Below the pieces are notes generated by a model. It was not told the DNA's origin. It was given only the letters and a program-made list of their open reading frames with translations, and did not search any database. The position numbers and the translations under genes are program-made. Below, piece after piece: positions 9,289-19,331 of a stretch of DNA of 64,000 bases (its first letter is position 1; every line of letters starts with the position of its first letter). The stretch comes from a bacterium (GTDB taxonomy: Archaea; Thermoplasmatota; E2; JACPAO01; JAHFTW01). The stretch lies in NCBI GenBank assembly GCA_040390065.1, contig JAZJZE010000001.1:186068-250067 (forward strand). The letters are read 5' to 3'.

Positions 9289-12200
9289 TTACTTGCCCTT
9301 CTTGGCCCGGGCGTCGTGCAGCTTCAGCAGGGCGTCGATCTTGGCTGCGTCGTAGCCCGGTGGGCCGGTGGGCGCCTTGGCCCCGATGCGTTCGACCAGC
9401 TTGCCTGCGGCGGGGCGGGCAGCCGGCGGCGGGATGGGCATGCGCGGCGGCGCCGGTGCGGGCGGGGTCGGCCGCGCAGGGGCTGGGACGCCACGCGGCT
9501 GGATCGCGACGCGCGCCGCGGCTTGCACGGCCGGCGGCTCCCACGCTGGCACGGCGGCGGCTTCGCGACGCGCCTTCTCGGCGGCAGCGGCCGCCGCGCG
9601 GGCCCTTGCCTCCTCCTCGTCGCGACGCTTGGCCTCGGCCTCTGCCTGCGCATCCTGGCGGGCGATCTCGTCGCGGTGGGCTTTCTCGGCGTCCTCGCGT
9701 TCGCGGTCGCGGGCAAGCCGGGCGGCTTCCTTGGCCTGCTCCTTGGCTTGCCGTTCCGCTTCCTTCTCGGCGGCGGCCTGAGCCTTGGCCTGCTCCTTCT
9801 CGCGAGCCGCGCGCTCCTTCTCTTCGCGGCGGCGCGTCTCCTCCGTTTCCCGCTGGGTTTCCTTGGCCTTGTCGCGGGCAAGCGCCTGCGCGGCGGCCTG
9901 AGCCTCGGATTCGGCGGCATCGCGGGCCGCCTTCTCCTTCTGCTCGCGGCGGCTGAGGTCGGATTCCACCGGTTTGGCGTCAGCCTCGATGGTCTTCTCC
10001 TTGCGCAGTCGTGAGAGGAAGGCCTTCTTCTCGGGGGCCTCGGCAGTTGCCGCGGCAGGAGTGTCGGGCTTGGCGCGGCCGAAGCGACCCAAGAGGCCCT
10101 TCTTGGTCTCCGCGGGCTCCTCAGGCTCGGGCGTCGCGGTGATCTCCACGACCTTGCCAGCCTTGCCCTTCTTCACGACGACGACGGGCTCGGCGGGGGG
10201 CTCAGGTTTCGTCTCCGCCGGGGGCGCGTCGTCCGCCTTCTTGGGCTTGAATCGTGACAGGAATCCGGGCTTCGGCGCCTCTTCGGTAGCGGGCGCGGAC
10301 GGGGGCTCGACGACGATGACCTTGCCGGCCTTGCCCTTCTTGGGCGCTTCGAGGACCGCGGGCGGCGCCGCCTCGGCGTCCGGCTTGGCCTTGCGTGCGA
10401 AGCGGCCGAGCAGGCCCTTCTTCGGCTCCTCTGCGGGGGAAGTCTCGACCGGGGCGGCCTTGGATTTCTTGCCGTCCTTGACGACTTCGACCTTCGCGGC
10501 CGCCTTGGGCTCGTCGGCGCCCTTCTTCGAGGCCTTCTTTGCCTCTTTGGCGGCGAGTTTGGCTGCGGCCGCTTCCTCCTTGGCCTTCACTTTGGCGGCC
10601 TTCGCGGCCTCTTTCTTCTGGCGCTTGAGGTCGCGCCTGGAGAGTGCGGGCGCTCCGGCAGGCGCTTCGGCCTTGGCCTTGCCGCGCAAGCGCGACAGCA
10701 ATCCAGCTTTCGTCTCCTCGGGCTTGGCCTTCTTGCCCTTGGGCGTCGCGTCGGCCTGCTTGGCCTTGTCGGCCTTCCCTTTCTTGCCTTTCCGGAAACG
10801 CCCCAACAGGCCGGCCTTGGGCGCTTCCTTGGCCGCCTTCTTCTCGGCCTTCTTGGCGGCGGCACGCTCCTTCCGCGAGAGCTTGGGCTCGGCTGCGTCC
10901 TTCTTGCCACGGCGCAGGACACGGGCCAGCAACCCGGCCTTGGCGTCCTCGGAGATGGGCTTGTCGGCGGCCGAAACAGGGGGCGCGGCGGGGGCAGCCT
11001 CCTGCACCTTGGCGGCCTTCCTGGTTGGGATTGGCGCGACGGCAGGAGTCGGCTCCTCCTCGCCCTTGCGCCGCAATCGGCCGAGAAGCGACGGCTTGGC
11101 CGGGGCCACGGTTTCCTCGCCGCGAGCTTCGGCCTTCGCCTTCTGCTTGGCAAGCCGGGCCGTCTCCTTGGCCTTGGCAAAGTCCGCCTTGCGCTTGGCT
11201 TCGGCGGCCTTGCGTTCCTCCTTGAGGCGTTCCTTCTCTTCACGGCGCAGCGCGCGCAGGTCGGCAGGCTTCTCCTCGACGGGGGGCGCCTCGACGGGAA
11301 CGAGGGCCTCGGTGACGTGGAAGCCGGCGGGCGTCGTGTACTCCCGGCCCGCGCGGTGGCCGAAGGCGTAGACGCGGCCGTGCTCGCCACGCTCGTCCTC
11401 CGGCAGCTTCTCGAACGGGCTCACGTCGCCGGGCAGCCGCGGCTTCGGGTGGCTGTGCTTGTCCTCGGGCAGGACCTCGAACGGGCTGCGGCCGTCGGGC
11501 AGGCGGGGCTTCGGGTGCGGCGCGTGCTCGTCGTCGGGCAGGCGCGCAAACGGACTCGTGCCATCGGGCAGGCGCGGCGCGTCGTGGATGTGGCGGTCCG
11601 CGTCGATGCGGGCAAACGGGCTGCGGCCGTCGACGAGCCGGACCTTCTCGTGGGCGGCGGCCTTGCGATCGGCCTTGTCGGTCTTCTCGTCCCAGTCGTC
11701 GCGACGAGCCTCTTGGGATTGCTGCCAGACGGAACCCTCGTACGGGCTGGAGAGCGGCTTCGCGATGGCTTGCTCCCACAGCGAGGAGGACTTGCCCGCG
11801 AGTTTGTCTTCGCGTTCGCGGCGGCGTGCCATCTCACGTTCGCGGCGCTCCAGTTCGCGGCGGTGGCGCTTGTCGGCCCGGGCCGCGGCGCGGGGATCTG
11901 GCGCCTTGGATTCGTCCTTCTTGGGTTTCGCTTCGGCGGGCTTGCCTCTTGCCTCGAGCTTGGCGGCCTTGGCCTTTGCCTTCGCCGCCTTCTTGGCATC
12001 CTTGGCGGCCTTCTTCGCCAGCTTGCGAGCCAGTTTTTCCTCGCGCTTGCGCAGGGCGGCGGCCTGCTTGTCGGTCGCCTCGCCAGGGAACGGCTCGGTG
12101 GTCTTGGCCTTCTTGCCGAACGGGATGAGGCGACCGAGTCCGGCGCCTTCCGGCTTCTCCTTGCCCTTCCCGGCCTTGGCTTTCTCCGGCTTGTCGGGCT

Positions 12201-13917
12201 TGGCCGCGGCCTTGTCATCCTTGCGGCCGAACGGCAGCGCGAAGCGGGATGCCTTCTCCGGCTCCGCTTTCGCAGGCTTTGCCTCCTTCGTGTCGCCCTT
12301 GCGTCCGAAGGGCAGCGCGAAGCGCGACGGTTTCTCGGCCTCGCCCTTTGGCGGCATCTTCGCCGGCTTGGCGTCCTTGGCGTCCGTCGCGGGCTCGACC
12401 ACGGTCTTGCGGCCGAACGGCAGGCGCAAGCGGCTCTCGGCCTTGTCCTTCGGTACCGCGACCGGCGGCGCCTTCTTGGGGCCCTCGTCACCGGCGTCCA
12501 CGACGACTTTCTTGCCGAAGGGCAGGCCGAAGCGGCGACCCTTGGCCTCGTCGACGTCGGGTTTGGCCGGCTTGTCCTTGCGGCCGAAGCGCAGGAGGCC
12601 GGCCTTGGCGGGTTCTTCCGGCTTCGCGGTTTTCGCGGCTGGGGCGGGCTTGTCCTCCCTCGTCCGGCGCAAGCGCGCAAACAGGCCGGGTTTTGCCTCG
12701 GCCTTTGGCTTGGCGCCGCCCTTGGGCTTGACGGGCTCGGCCTTTGGAGCCTCTTCCTTCGCGCCGCGCCCGAACCTTAGCAGTGAGCGCTTGGCTGCCG
12801 GGTCCGTCGCAGCAGGTTTCGCGTCGGCCTCGGCGGCTTTCGCCTGCTTGGCCGCGAGCTTGGCAGCGGCCTCGTCCTCTTTGGCTTGGCGCTTGGCCTC
12901 AGCCTTCGCGGCTTTCATCGCCTTCTTGTCGGGCGCGGGGGCCCCCGGTGTCTGGCCGGCGAGGCCGAGGAGGGACTTGCACTTCGGGCAGGTTGCCTGG
13001 ACGGCATCGCTTGGCGCTTCGAAGACGTGGTTGCACTGCGCGCACTCAACAACCTGCTTGCCCGCTGACGGTGCAGGAAGGGCTGGCGCGACCGGAGGTG
13101 TCGGAATCGTCACCTTGGCTGGCCGGCGGGGCGGCGCAGCGGCCGTGGTTGCAGGAGGCTCGGGTTCGGGCGGCGCGTCGGATTTCGCCTTGCCGCGCAG
13201 GCGGAACAGCAGGCCGCGCGTCTTGCGGACCGGATGCGTCTCGGCGGCCACGTCCACTTCGACGCTGGCTTTGGACTTGCGGCCGAAGCGGTGCAGGAAC
13301 CCGCGTTCGGCCTCGTGCTTGGCCTCGGCGGCGTGCTCCTTGGCGTCGACGGCCTCGGCCGGATGGTCCTCGTCGTCCTTGTCGGCCGAATCCGGCTTGG
13401 CGATGAGCTCCTTGCGGAGTGCTTCTGCGCCGGGGTCGGCGTGCCGCGGCTTGAGCTTGCGGGCCGCCTTGATCCACTTGGCCGTGAGCTTGGCCGTGAC
13501 GGGGACGCCGATGACGTTCTGCTCGAGGCTGTCGAGGTACGCTTGGATCTTGGCCGCAAGCGCCTCGGCTTCCTGCTGGGCGAGCTCGTAGATCGAGTTG
13601 ATCTGGACGCGCACCAGCACTTCGGCAAACTGCGGGCCCACACCCTTCAGGCGGATGAGTTCCGCCATGTCCTGCCAGCTGCGGATGCGCGCCGCAGGGA
13701 TGCCGGTCTTCTTGGCGAGCTCCTCGGCGTCCGCGGCCACGAGTTGTTCGCTGTTGTCCACGCCCTTCTGCCGGAGCTTCAATGTGAACGTCGGCCCGAT
13801 GCCCTCGATGTCCAGGATGGGGATGCCGGCGCCCGTGGCGGGAGTGCGGTCGCGCCAGCGTAGGAAACGGCGGCGCGCCGAGCCGGCTGCGGCTTCGTCG
13901 GTGGAGGGCTTCGCCAT
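9289..13917 (-). CDS. 1542-aa protein: DUF4332-like HhH domain, Zn ribbon and long K/A/E/P-rich repeat region
   Basis: ILDIEGIGP...IRLKGVGPQFAEVL (HhH pair), CAQC...CPKC, repeated GLLxRF/LPFGRK motifs; coherent codon use over 4.6 kb. Confidence 0.85.
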   Translation of the reverse strand: MAKPSTDEAAAGSARRRFLRWRDRTPATGAGIPILDIEGIGPTFTLKLRQKGVDNSEQLVAADAEELAKKTGIPAARIRSWQDMAELIRLKGVGPQFAEVLVRVQINSIYELAQQEAEALAAKIQAYLDSLEQNVIGVPVTAKLTAKWIKAARKLKPRHADPGAEALRKELIAKPDSADKDDEDHPAEAVDAKEHAAEAKHEAERGFLHRFGRKSKASVEVDVAAETHPVRKTRGLLFRLRGKAKSDAPPEPEPPATTAAAPPRRPAKVTIPTPPVAPALPAPSAGKQVVECAQCNHVFEAPSDAVQATCPKCKSLLGLAGQTPGAPAPDKKAMKAAKAEAKRQAKEDEAAAKLAAKQAKAAEADAKPAATDPAAKRSLLRFGRGAKEEAPKAEPVKPKGGAKPKAEAKPGLFARLRRTREDKPAPAAKTAKPEEPAKAGLLRFGRKDKPAKPDVDEAKGRRFGLPFGKKVVVDAGDEGPKKAPPVAVPKDKAESRLRLPFGRKTVVEPATDAKDAKPAKMPPKGEAEKPSRFALPFGRKGDTKEAKPAKAEPEKASRFALPFGRKDDKAAAKPDKPEKAKAGKGKEKPEGAGLGRLIPFGKKAKTTEPFPGEATDKQAAALRKREEKLARKLAKKAAKDAKKAAKAKAKAAKLEARGKPAEAKPKKDESKAPDPRAAARADKRHRRELERREREMARRREREDKLAGKSSSLWEQAIAKPLSSPYEGSVWQQSQEARRDDWDEKTDKADRKAAAHEKVRLVDGRSPFARIDADRHIHDAPRLPDGTSPFARLPDDEHAPHPKPRLPDGRSPFEVLPEDKHSHPKPRLPGDVSPFEKLPEDERGEHGRVYAFGHRAGREYTTPAGFHVTEALVPVEAPPVEEKPADLRALRREEKERLKEERKAAEAKRKADFAKAKETARLAKQKAKAEARGEETVAPAKPSLLGRLRRKGEEEPTPAVAPIPTRKAAKVQEAAPAAPPVSAADKPISEDAKAGLLARVLRRGKKDAAEPKLSRKERAAAKKAEKKAAKEAPKAGLLGRFRKGKKGKADKAKQADATPKGKKAKPEETKAGLLSRLRGKAKAEAPAGAPALSRRDLKRQKKEAAKAAKVKAKEEAAAAKLAAKEAKKASKKGADEPKAAAKVEVVKDGKKSKAAPVETSPAEEPKKGLLGRFARKAKPDAEAAPPAVLEAPKKGKAGKVIVVEPPSAPATEEAPKPGFLSRFKPKKADDAPPAETKPEPPAEPVVVVKKGKAGKVVEITATPEPEEPAETKKGLLGRFGRAKPDTPAAATAEAPEKKAFLSRLRKEKTIEADAKPVESDLSRREQKEKAARDAAESEAQAAAQALARDKAKETQRETEETRRREEKERAAREKEQAKAQAAAEKEAERQAKEQAKEAARLARDREREDAEKAHRDEIARQDAQAEAEAKRRDEEEARARAAAAAAEKARREAAAVPAWEPPAVQAAARVAIQPRGVPAPARPTPPAPAPPRMPIPPPAARPAAGKLVERIGAKAPTGPPGYDAAKIDALLKLHDARAKKGK

Positions 13918-14106
13918 GTCAGCCCCCCCCTTGCCCCAGGCTCATCCGAGGGCAGGGTCTGCTTTTGCGTTCGGGCAAGACGACGGCTCCTCCAGAGGCA
14001 ATGCCGCACAGTCCGGCTATAAATAAAGGGGTTGGCGCGAGTCTTGGATTGGGCGGGATGGTCCGATTGTCGCGGCCAGCCTGCCCATCCGCCCGGGTCC
14101 CGGCCG

Positions 14107-14886
14107 ATGTCGCAAGCCTTTTGCCGTCCCACCCCGCGTTCACCGTCCGTGTTCCTGCGTGCCCTGGTCCTCCTGGTGGCCCTCACCGCCACGGCATTCG
14201 CCTCGACAGGTTGGGCACAGGCGCAGTCGTCGCCGACCGATTCCGACCAGGACGGCATCCCCGACACGGCGGACAATTGCATCAGCCTCTCCAACAACGA
14301 CCAGGCGGACCTCGACCAGGACCACTTGGGTGACGCCTGCGACGACGACCGCGACGGCGACGGCGTGAAGGACCAGTTCGACAACTGCCCGACGACGCCG
14401 AACGGCAACCAGACCGACGACAACCACAATGGGCAGGGGGATGTGTGCGAGCCGGTGGACCAGCACACAACCACGAGCGGCCCGCCGCCGGACAGGGACG
14501 GCGACGGTTTCTCGGACGCCAAGGACGTCTGCCCGACGATTGCGAACCACGACCAGTCGGACATCGACCACGACGGCATCGGCGACATGTGCGACATCGA
14601 CGCCGACGGCGACGGCATCGTCGACTCCGGTGTGGCATTCCCCGACAATTGTCCGACGGCGCCCAACCACGACCAGAAGGATTCCGACGAGGACGGCACC
14701 GGCAACGTCTGCGACGCAACGCCCCTGCCGCTGTCGTGCGCGACGTGCACGACCTCGCCGCAGGTCCAGGACAACACCAAGAAGAGCGAGGACCAGGGGC
14801 CTTGGATGCTCATTGGGGCGGGCCTGCTTGCTGGAACCGTCGTCGGCGTGGCGGCGGCGGCCCTCCTCCTGCGCAAGGGCAAGTAG
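14107..14886 (+). CDS. thrombospondin type-3 repeat surface protein
   Basis: Signal peptide, DxDxDGxxDxxDNC / DxDxDGxGDxCD repeats, C-terminal TM followed by RKGK. Confidence 0.85.
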   Translation: MSQAFCRPTPRSPSVFLRALVLLVALTATAFASTGWAQAQSSPTDSDQDGIPDTADNCISLSNNDQADLDQDHLGDACDDDRDGDGVKDQFDNCPTTPNGNQTDDNHNGQGDVCEPVDQHTTTSGPPPDRDGDGFSDAKDVCPTIANHDQSDIDHDGIGDMCDIDADGDGIVDSGVAFPDNCPTAPNHDQKDSDEDGTGNVCDATPLPLSCATCTTSPQVQDNTKKSEDQGPWMLIGAGLLAGTVVGVAAAALLLRKGK

Positions 14887-14887
14887 C

Positions 14888-15355
14888 CTACGGTCGCGCC
14901 GCTAGCATGGCCGAGACCGCCGCGATGGCGGCCGCCCGCGTCGAGGGATAGACTTCGAGCTTCAGCCGCACCTGGATGGCGTCTTCCCCGTCGAGAAGGC
15001 GCAACTCGCCAGCGGCCGCGGCCTGTTTGTCGAGGCGGAGGTAGAACACGCCATCGTCGTCGGTGCGCGCCGCCACGGTGCTCTGCAAGGTTGCAAGCGC
15101 GTCGGGAATCGCGACGATGCGTTCAAGCAGGTCACGGATCGCTCGCGAGCGCTCCAGGGTCTCCTGCGCGATGACGAGCGGCAGGCCATGATGCGTCTCC
15201 ATCGTCGTGGACACGAGGCCTGCTGCGTACTCCTCGTCGGCCACGCCGGCGACGAAGCGCAGCGCGGCATCCACCCTGGCCTGGTCCTCCGTCGGGTGGC
15301 AGGCAGCGCGCAGCCGCAGCCAATGGTACCGCGTCACGGCCGGCCTTTGCGCCAC
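14888..15355 (-). CDS. archaeal RNA-binding domain protein (DUF54/COG1325-like)
   Basis: CHPTEDQARV, THHGLP, FYLRLDKQAA, DAIQVRLKLEVYP. Confidence 0.82.
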   Translation of the reverse strand: MAQRPAVTRYHWLRLRAACHPTEDQARVDAALRFVAGVADEEYAAGLVSTTMETHHGLPLVIAQETLERSRAIRDLLERIVAIPDALATLQSTVAARTDDDGVFYLRLDKQAAAAGELRLLDGEDAIQVRLKLEVYPSTRAAAIAAVSAMLAARP

Positions 15356-15401
15356 GCGCCTGGCAGTGGCGCGGCCCTCTTAGAACCGGCGAGGCGCCCG
15401 A

Positions 15402-16913
15402 TCAGACGGCGTCGACGGTGATGGCTTGCGGCGTCGTGCGCACGAGGGCGAAGGCTTCCTGGCGCGGCATGATCCGCTGGGCCCCCGCCGAGGTCACGCG
15501 GTCGATGAGGCCGGCGCCCTGGAATTGGCGCAAGTGGTAGGCGACGAGCGACGGGTCGCAGCCGAGCCGCAGCGCGATGTCGTTGGCAGTCGAGCCGGGG
15601 AAGCCGAGAATCTGTTCGAGGATGGAGCGCGCCGTCTCGGAGCGCAGCGTGTCGTGACCCGGGACCGCTTCCGAGCCTTCGGCGTAGTAGCCCACGGCAC
15701 CCTTCCATTCATGGCGGTGCACGAAGCCGGCGCGCACGAGGACTTGCAAGTGGTACTGCACGGAGGCGGAGCCGGTGCCGACGGCGCGCTGCAGGGCGCG
15801 GAAGTGGATGCCCGGCTGTTCGCGGATGAGGGCAATGAGGGTCTTGCGGTTCGGATGCTCCAGGAGCTCGTCGCCGGAGATGCGACTGAAGCCGGCGGCA
15901 AGGCCGCCGAGCCCAATCCACTTGCCGCCGGTTGCGACGCGCGCTCCGCGGGAGGCGATGCGCCGCCACGAGACGACAACGGCTCCGGCCACGCCGGCGG
16001 CCGCGATGGCGACGCCGACCGTGGACGGCGTGCCGCCTCCTGGCCTGTCCTGGACGGGGATGACTCCGGTCGAGGCCGGCAGCGCGGCGGTCTGCAGCCC
16101 AGAGGGCGCCGGCACGGCCGACAGGATCGCGCAGGCGTCGCCGTGGCCGTCATGGTCCGCATCCGCTTGGTCCTCGTTGGCCGTGCGGGGGCAGTTGTCC
16201 GCGGCGTTCTGCACGTGGTCGCCGTCGATGTCGTTGTCGCAGGCGTCGCCGATGCCGTCGCCGTCTTGGTCGGATTGCGTCGGGTTGCGGATGCCCGGGC
16301 AGTTGTCGCCGACGTTCAAGACGAGGTCCGCGTCGAGGTCCGTGTCGCAGGCGTCGCCGGCGGTGTCGCCATCGGAGTCGACCTGCGTGGGATTGTAGAC
16401 TGTGGCGCAGTTGTCCGCGTTGTCCGGCATGCCGTCGCCGTCGGCGTCGCCGCTTGCGGCCTGGGGATCCGAGCCGTCATGCGGCTGCGAGTTGGAGGGT
16501 TCGGTGCTGCTGGACGAGCCAGATGGGCAGGGAGGATCGTTGGTGGCGTGCACCACGGCCTTGTAGGTCGTGGTCTGGCCGCGCGAGTCGGTCTCCTTGA
16601 AGACCACGGGGTAGTCGCCCGATGCGCCGTACGCGTGCTGCGGGTTCTGCTCGGTGCTGCTCGTGCCGTCGCCGAATTCCCAGGCCCAGGAAACGACCGG
16701 GTAGCCTGCTGGCGTCCACGACCCGTCGAAGGACAAGGTCTCGGGCCCGCAGCCCACGGTTGTCTCGCTCCAGGAGAATCCCACCGCGCTGCCGTCGGCT
16801 TGCACGCCAGGCAACAGGCTGGACCCTGCCATGGCACAGACCACCAGGAAGGCCCCAAGATGGAAGGGGGTGCGGGAGTGGCTTCGGGGCAGGGACGGGA
16901 CCACGTGGACCAA
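15402..16913 (-). CDS. PKD + TSP3 repeats + TM + double winged-helix DNA-binding protein
   Basis: SWAWEFGDG...QNPQHAY (PKD), TSP3 repeats, TM ([16 protein letters not shown]), LLEHPNR..LI...PGIHFRAL and [13 protein letters not shown]...VAYHLRQF. Confidence 0.85.
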   Translation of the reverse strand: MVHVVPSLPRSHSRTPFHLGAFLVVCAMAGSSLLPGVQADGSAVGFSWSETTVGCGPETLSFDGSWTPAGYPVVSWAWEFGDGTSSTEQNPQHAYGASGDYPVVFKETDSRGQTTTYKAVVHATNDPPCPSGSSSSTEPSNSQPHDGSDPQAASGDADGDGMPDNADNCATVYNPTQVDSDGDTAGDACDTDLDADLVLNVGDNCPGIRNPTQSDQDGDGIGDACDNDIDGDHVQNAADNCPRTANEDQADADHDGHGDACAILSAVPAPSGLQTAALPASTGVIPVQDRPGGGTPSTVGVAIAAAGVAGAVVVSWRRIASRGARVATGGKWIGLGGLAAGFSRISGDELLEHPNRKTLIALIREQPGIHFRALQRAVGTGSASVQYHLQVLVRAGFVHRHEWKGAVGYYAEGSEAVPGHDTLRSETARSILEQILGFPGSTANDIALRLGCDPSLVAYHLRQFQGAGLIDRVTSAGAQRIMPRQEAFALVRTTPQAITVDAV

Positions 16914-17056
16914 CCGGCCGGGATTCGGGCCAGGTGGCCCATCCTGAACCGCCTTCTAAAGGACTTTGGCGCATTTTTTCTTGTACAATCCTTTGCCAGT
17001 ATCGTAAGATTGCAGGAAAACGGGGAACGTTGCGCCTTGCAACCGGCTTGGGGGGC

Positions 17057-17182
17057 CTAGACTTCGAAAGCGGCCACGACGGGCCAGGAATCGTCGTCCT
17101 CGTCGCTCCCGGCATACGTCCAAGCCCCCGTGGCGTGGATCAGAAGCAGCGGTGAACCGGACCCTGGAATGCGCAGATGCAT
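17057..17182 (-). pseudogene. possible alpha/beta-hydrolase N-terminal remnant
   Basis: MHLRIPGSGSPLLLIH resembles the GxGxPLLLxH start of alpha/beta hydrolases, but the frame ends after about 41 codons. Confidence 0.3.
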
Positions 17183-17243
17183 GGTGGTCACAAGCCGCCG
17201 CATGGGCATGACGTTTTCAGGGGGCCAAGTGAAACGATGGCGC

Positions 17244-17760
17244 TTACCTGGCGCGTCGTTGACGGGCGGCGGCCACCTTCGCCGGAGCTGCCATGACATC
17301 GGGGCGCGGCGTCCGGCTCTTCGTCGGCTTGCTCTCCCCCTGGGCGACCCTCGCAGCGATCGCCTCGTCCAGCCATGCCTCGGAGGCGCGCACCATGTTC
17401 GGGACCAGGACCGCCGCGCAGGAGACGCCGGCCAGCGATTCGGCCTGCAGCCGCACCTCCTCGGCGTCGCCCATGGACGGTGCGGCCATCATGAAGTCCA
17501 TGCAGCGCTCCTCGGCGTCGGGCGGCGAGTACTGGTGCATCCACGAATCGTCGATGCTGCGCGAAATCAGCAGGCGGTCATCCTCGTCCGCATCCGCCGC
17601 CAGCTCCAGGTGCAGGATGAATGGCACGGCGCCCACGATGCGGCTTGGCCAGACCGCCGGCACGACGTCGAGCTCCCCGTGGGTCCACATGCGCTCCAGG
17701 CGGCGCTTGACGGTGCGTGCGCTCACGCCGATGCGTTGCGCGACGTCCTCCGGCCGCGTC
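17244..17760 (-). pseudogene. 5'-truncated Lrp/AsnC-like HTH regulator
   Basis: RPEDVAQRIGVSARTVKRRLERM begins directly after the neighbouring stop codon, with no plausible start codon of its own. Confidence 0.55.
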
Positions 17761-19128
17761 CTACGTGTCGCAACCCGTGAAGTCGTGCGTGGTAAACAGG
17801 GGGTTGTCGCGGAAGTCGACGCGCGTGTCCAGCTTGTAGGCAAGGCCAAGGGGTGCCACGACCTGTTGCGGGACGGAGTACACGATGAAGTCGAGGCCGC
17901 CGGAGCGGACCGGGCAGAGGTCCTTGGACGGCACCGGGAACATGGTCTCGGTCACGCCGCCGTCGAATGGGCCCTCCTGCGAATCGAAGATTTCGTCCGT
18001 CTGCAGGCTTCCGCCGGCCACCTTGTAGCCGACCCAGAGGTCGCCCCACGCCGTCGGGGAATTCGTCCAGGACATCGTCGTGAAGGAGATGTAGGAGAGC
18101 CGCGACTGGTAGGCGGCCGAGACTGCGTCGTCTGCATTGAAGCGAAGATGAGTCGCGACCTGGTCGTTGGGCAGCATGATGGTTCCCGTCAACGTCGGAT
18201 TCAGTTCGTCGTGCAGGACTGGGACTGTCCAGACGGCGCCGGACGACACGACTTGGTCAGCCAGCACTTCGCCGCCATGGTCCTGGAGGAACGCCGGAGG
18301 CACTGCAACCATGACCTTGGCGCCCGCCGGCAGCCAAAGCCTCGCCACACCGTCCGCGCCGGCCTGTGCGCTGGCAAGGACGCACGAGGTGAAGAAGCGG
18401 TCCATGTCGAACGTCGCGTCGAAGGGCGCCTGCGCTGACGCGTCGAGGATCGCCACTTCGGCCTTGGCAACCGGGCCCCCCGTTGGCGTCTCCCACCGCA
18501 CGCGGACATTGACGGGGACGAGGTCGACCGCGAAGGCCTGCTCGTCGGGGAGGCCGGCCGGGTCGTCAGGCTGTCCGCATTCCCCGAGTCTGGCACCGGC
18601 GGGGTCGTACCAGAATGCTTCGAGCGTCAGTCCCGCCTTGGCGACATGCACGGCGCTCGTGGGCCTTTTCCCGATGAAGCTAGGGGATTCCATGGCGACG
18701 CGGAATTCCTGGCCGTCGACGAGTTTGAGCCGGGCAGTGCCATCCGTGCCCGTCGTGGCGGAGGCGTAGGAGCACGGGTTGAAGAACGCCCGGACATCCG
18801 CAAACGACGACGCGTTGCCCTGCGATGTCGCCACGGCGGCAACATCCTTTGCGCTGACGGGGGCGCGCAAGGAATTCCCATACAGTTGGATGGTCACCTC
18901 CACGAGGGGGCTTCCGACCGCCTCGCCATCGGGTTGGCCCGTGGGCCGGTCCGGCAGGCCGCACGAATTCAGGCGCGGGGCTGTCGTCGGTGCAGTGAGG
19001 GGGTGCGACACTGGGGGCGGCGCGCTCGACGTTGACGGCGCGGCGTGGTCTTCTGGAGCGTACGCGCGGGGCGACGAGCACCCAGCCAAGGCAACGAGCA
19101 ATGCAGCGGCAACCACCCAAGGGCGCAC
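17761..19128 (-). CDS. lipoprotein with an internally duplicated domain
   Basis: GTG start, lipobox LAGC; two related segments FFNPCSYASATTGTDGTARLKL and FFTSCVLASAQAGADGVARLWL. Confidence 0.75.
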   Translation of the reverse strand: MRPWVVAAALLVALAGCSSPRAYAPEDHAAPSTSSAPPPVSHPLTAPTTAPRLNSCGLPDRPTGQPDGEAVGSPLVEVTIQLYGNSLRAPVSAKDVAAVATSQGNASSFADVRAFFNPCSYASATTGTDGTARLKLVDGQEFRVAMESPSFIGKRPTSAVHVAKAGLTLEAFWYDPAGARLGECGQPDDPAGLPDEQAFAVDLVPVNVRVRWETPTGGPVAKAEVAILDASAQAPFDATFDMDRFFTSCVLASAQAGADGVARLWLPAGAKVMVAVPPAFLQDHGGEVLADQVVSSGAVWTVPVLHDELNPTLTGTIMLPNDQVATHLRFNADDAVSAAYQSRLSYISFTTMSWTNSPTAWGDLWVGYKVAGGSLQTDEIFDSQEGPFDGGVTETMFPVPSKDLCPVRSGGLDFIVYSVPQQVVAPLGLAYKLDTRVDFRDNPLFTTHDFTGCDT

Positions 19129-19331
19129 GAATCGTCGAGTGCTTTTGTGATATGATAAAGGCTTGGTCGGGCGCCCGCCCGCGTGCCCCGGGCTTCGTGC
19201 AGGACGCCGGACCAGCACCCAAAAGGCGCAGCAAGGAGGCACGCAACGCCAAGACGGCACCCGCGGCGCGCGGCATGCCGACCGAAGGGACGTGGCGCGC
19301 CGGCCGTGACTGTTGTCTGGGGGCCATCACG

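Noticed and set aside
9974-13591. Several long plus-strand ORFs opposite the giant protein
   Set aside because: Low-complexity antisense frames rich in Ala/Ser/Phe/Leu, with no start signals or recognisable domains.
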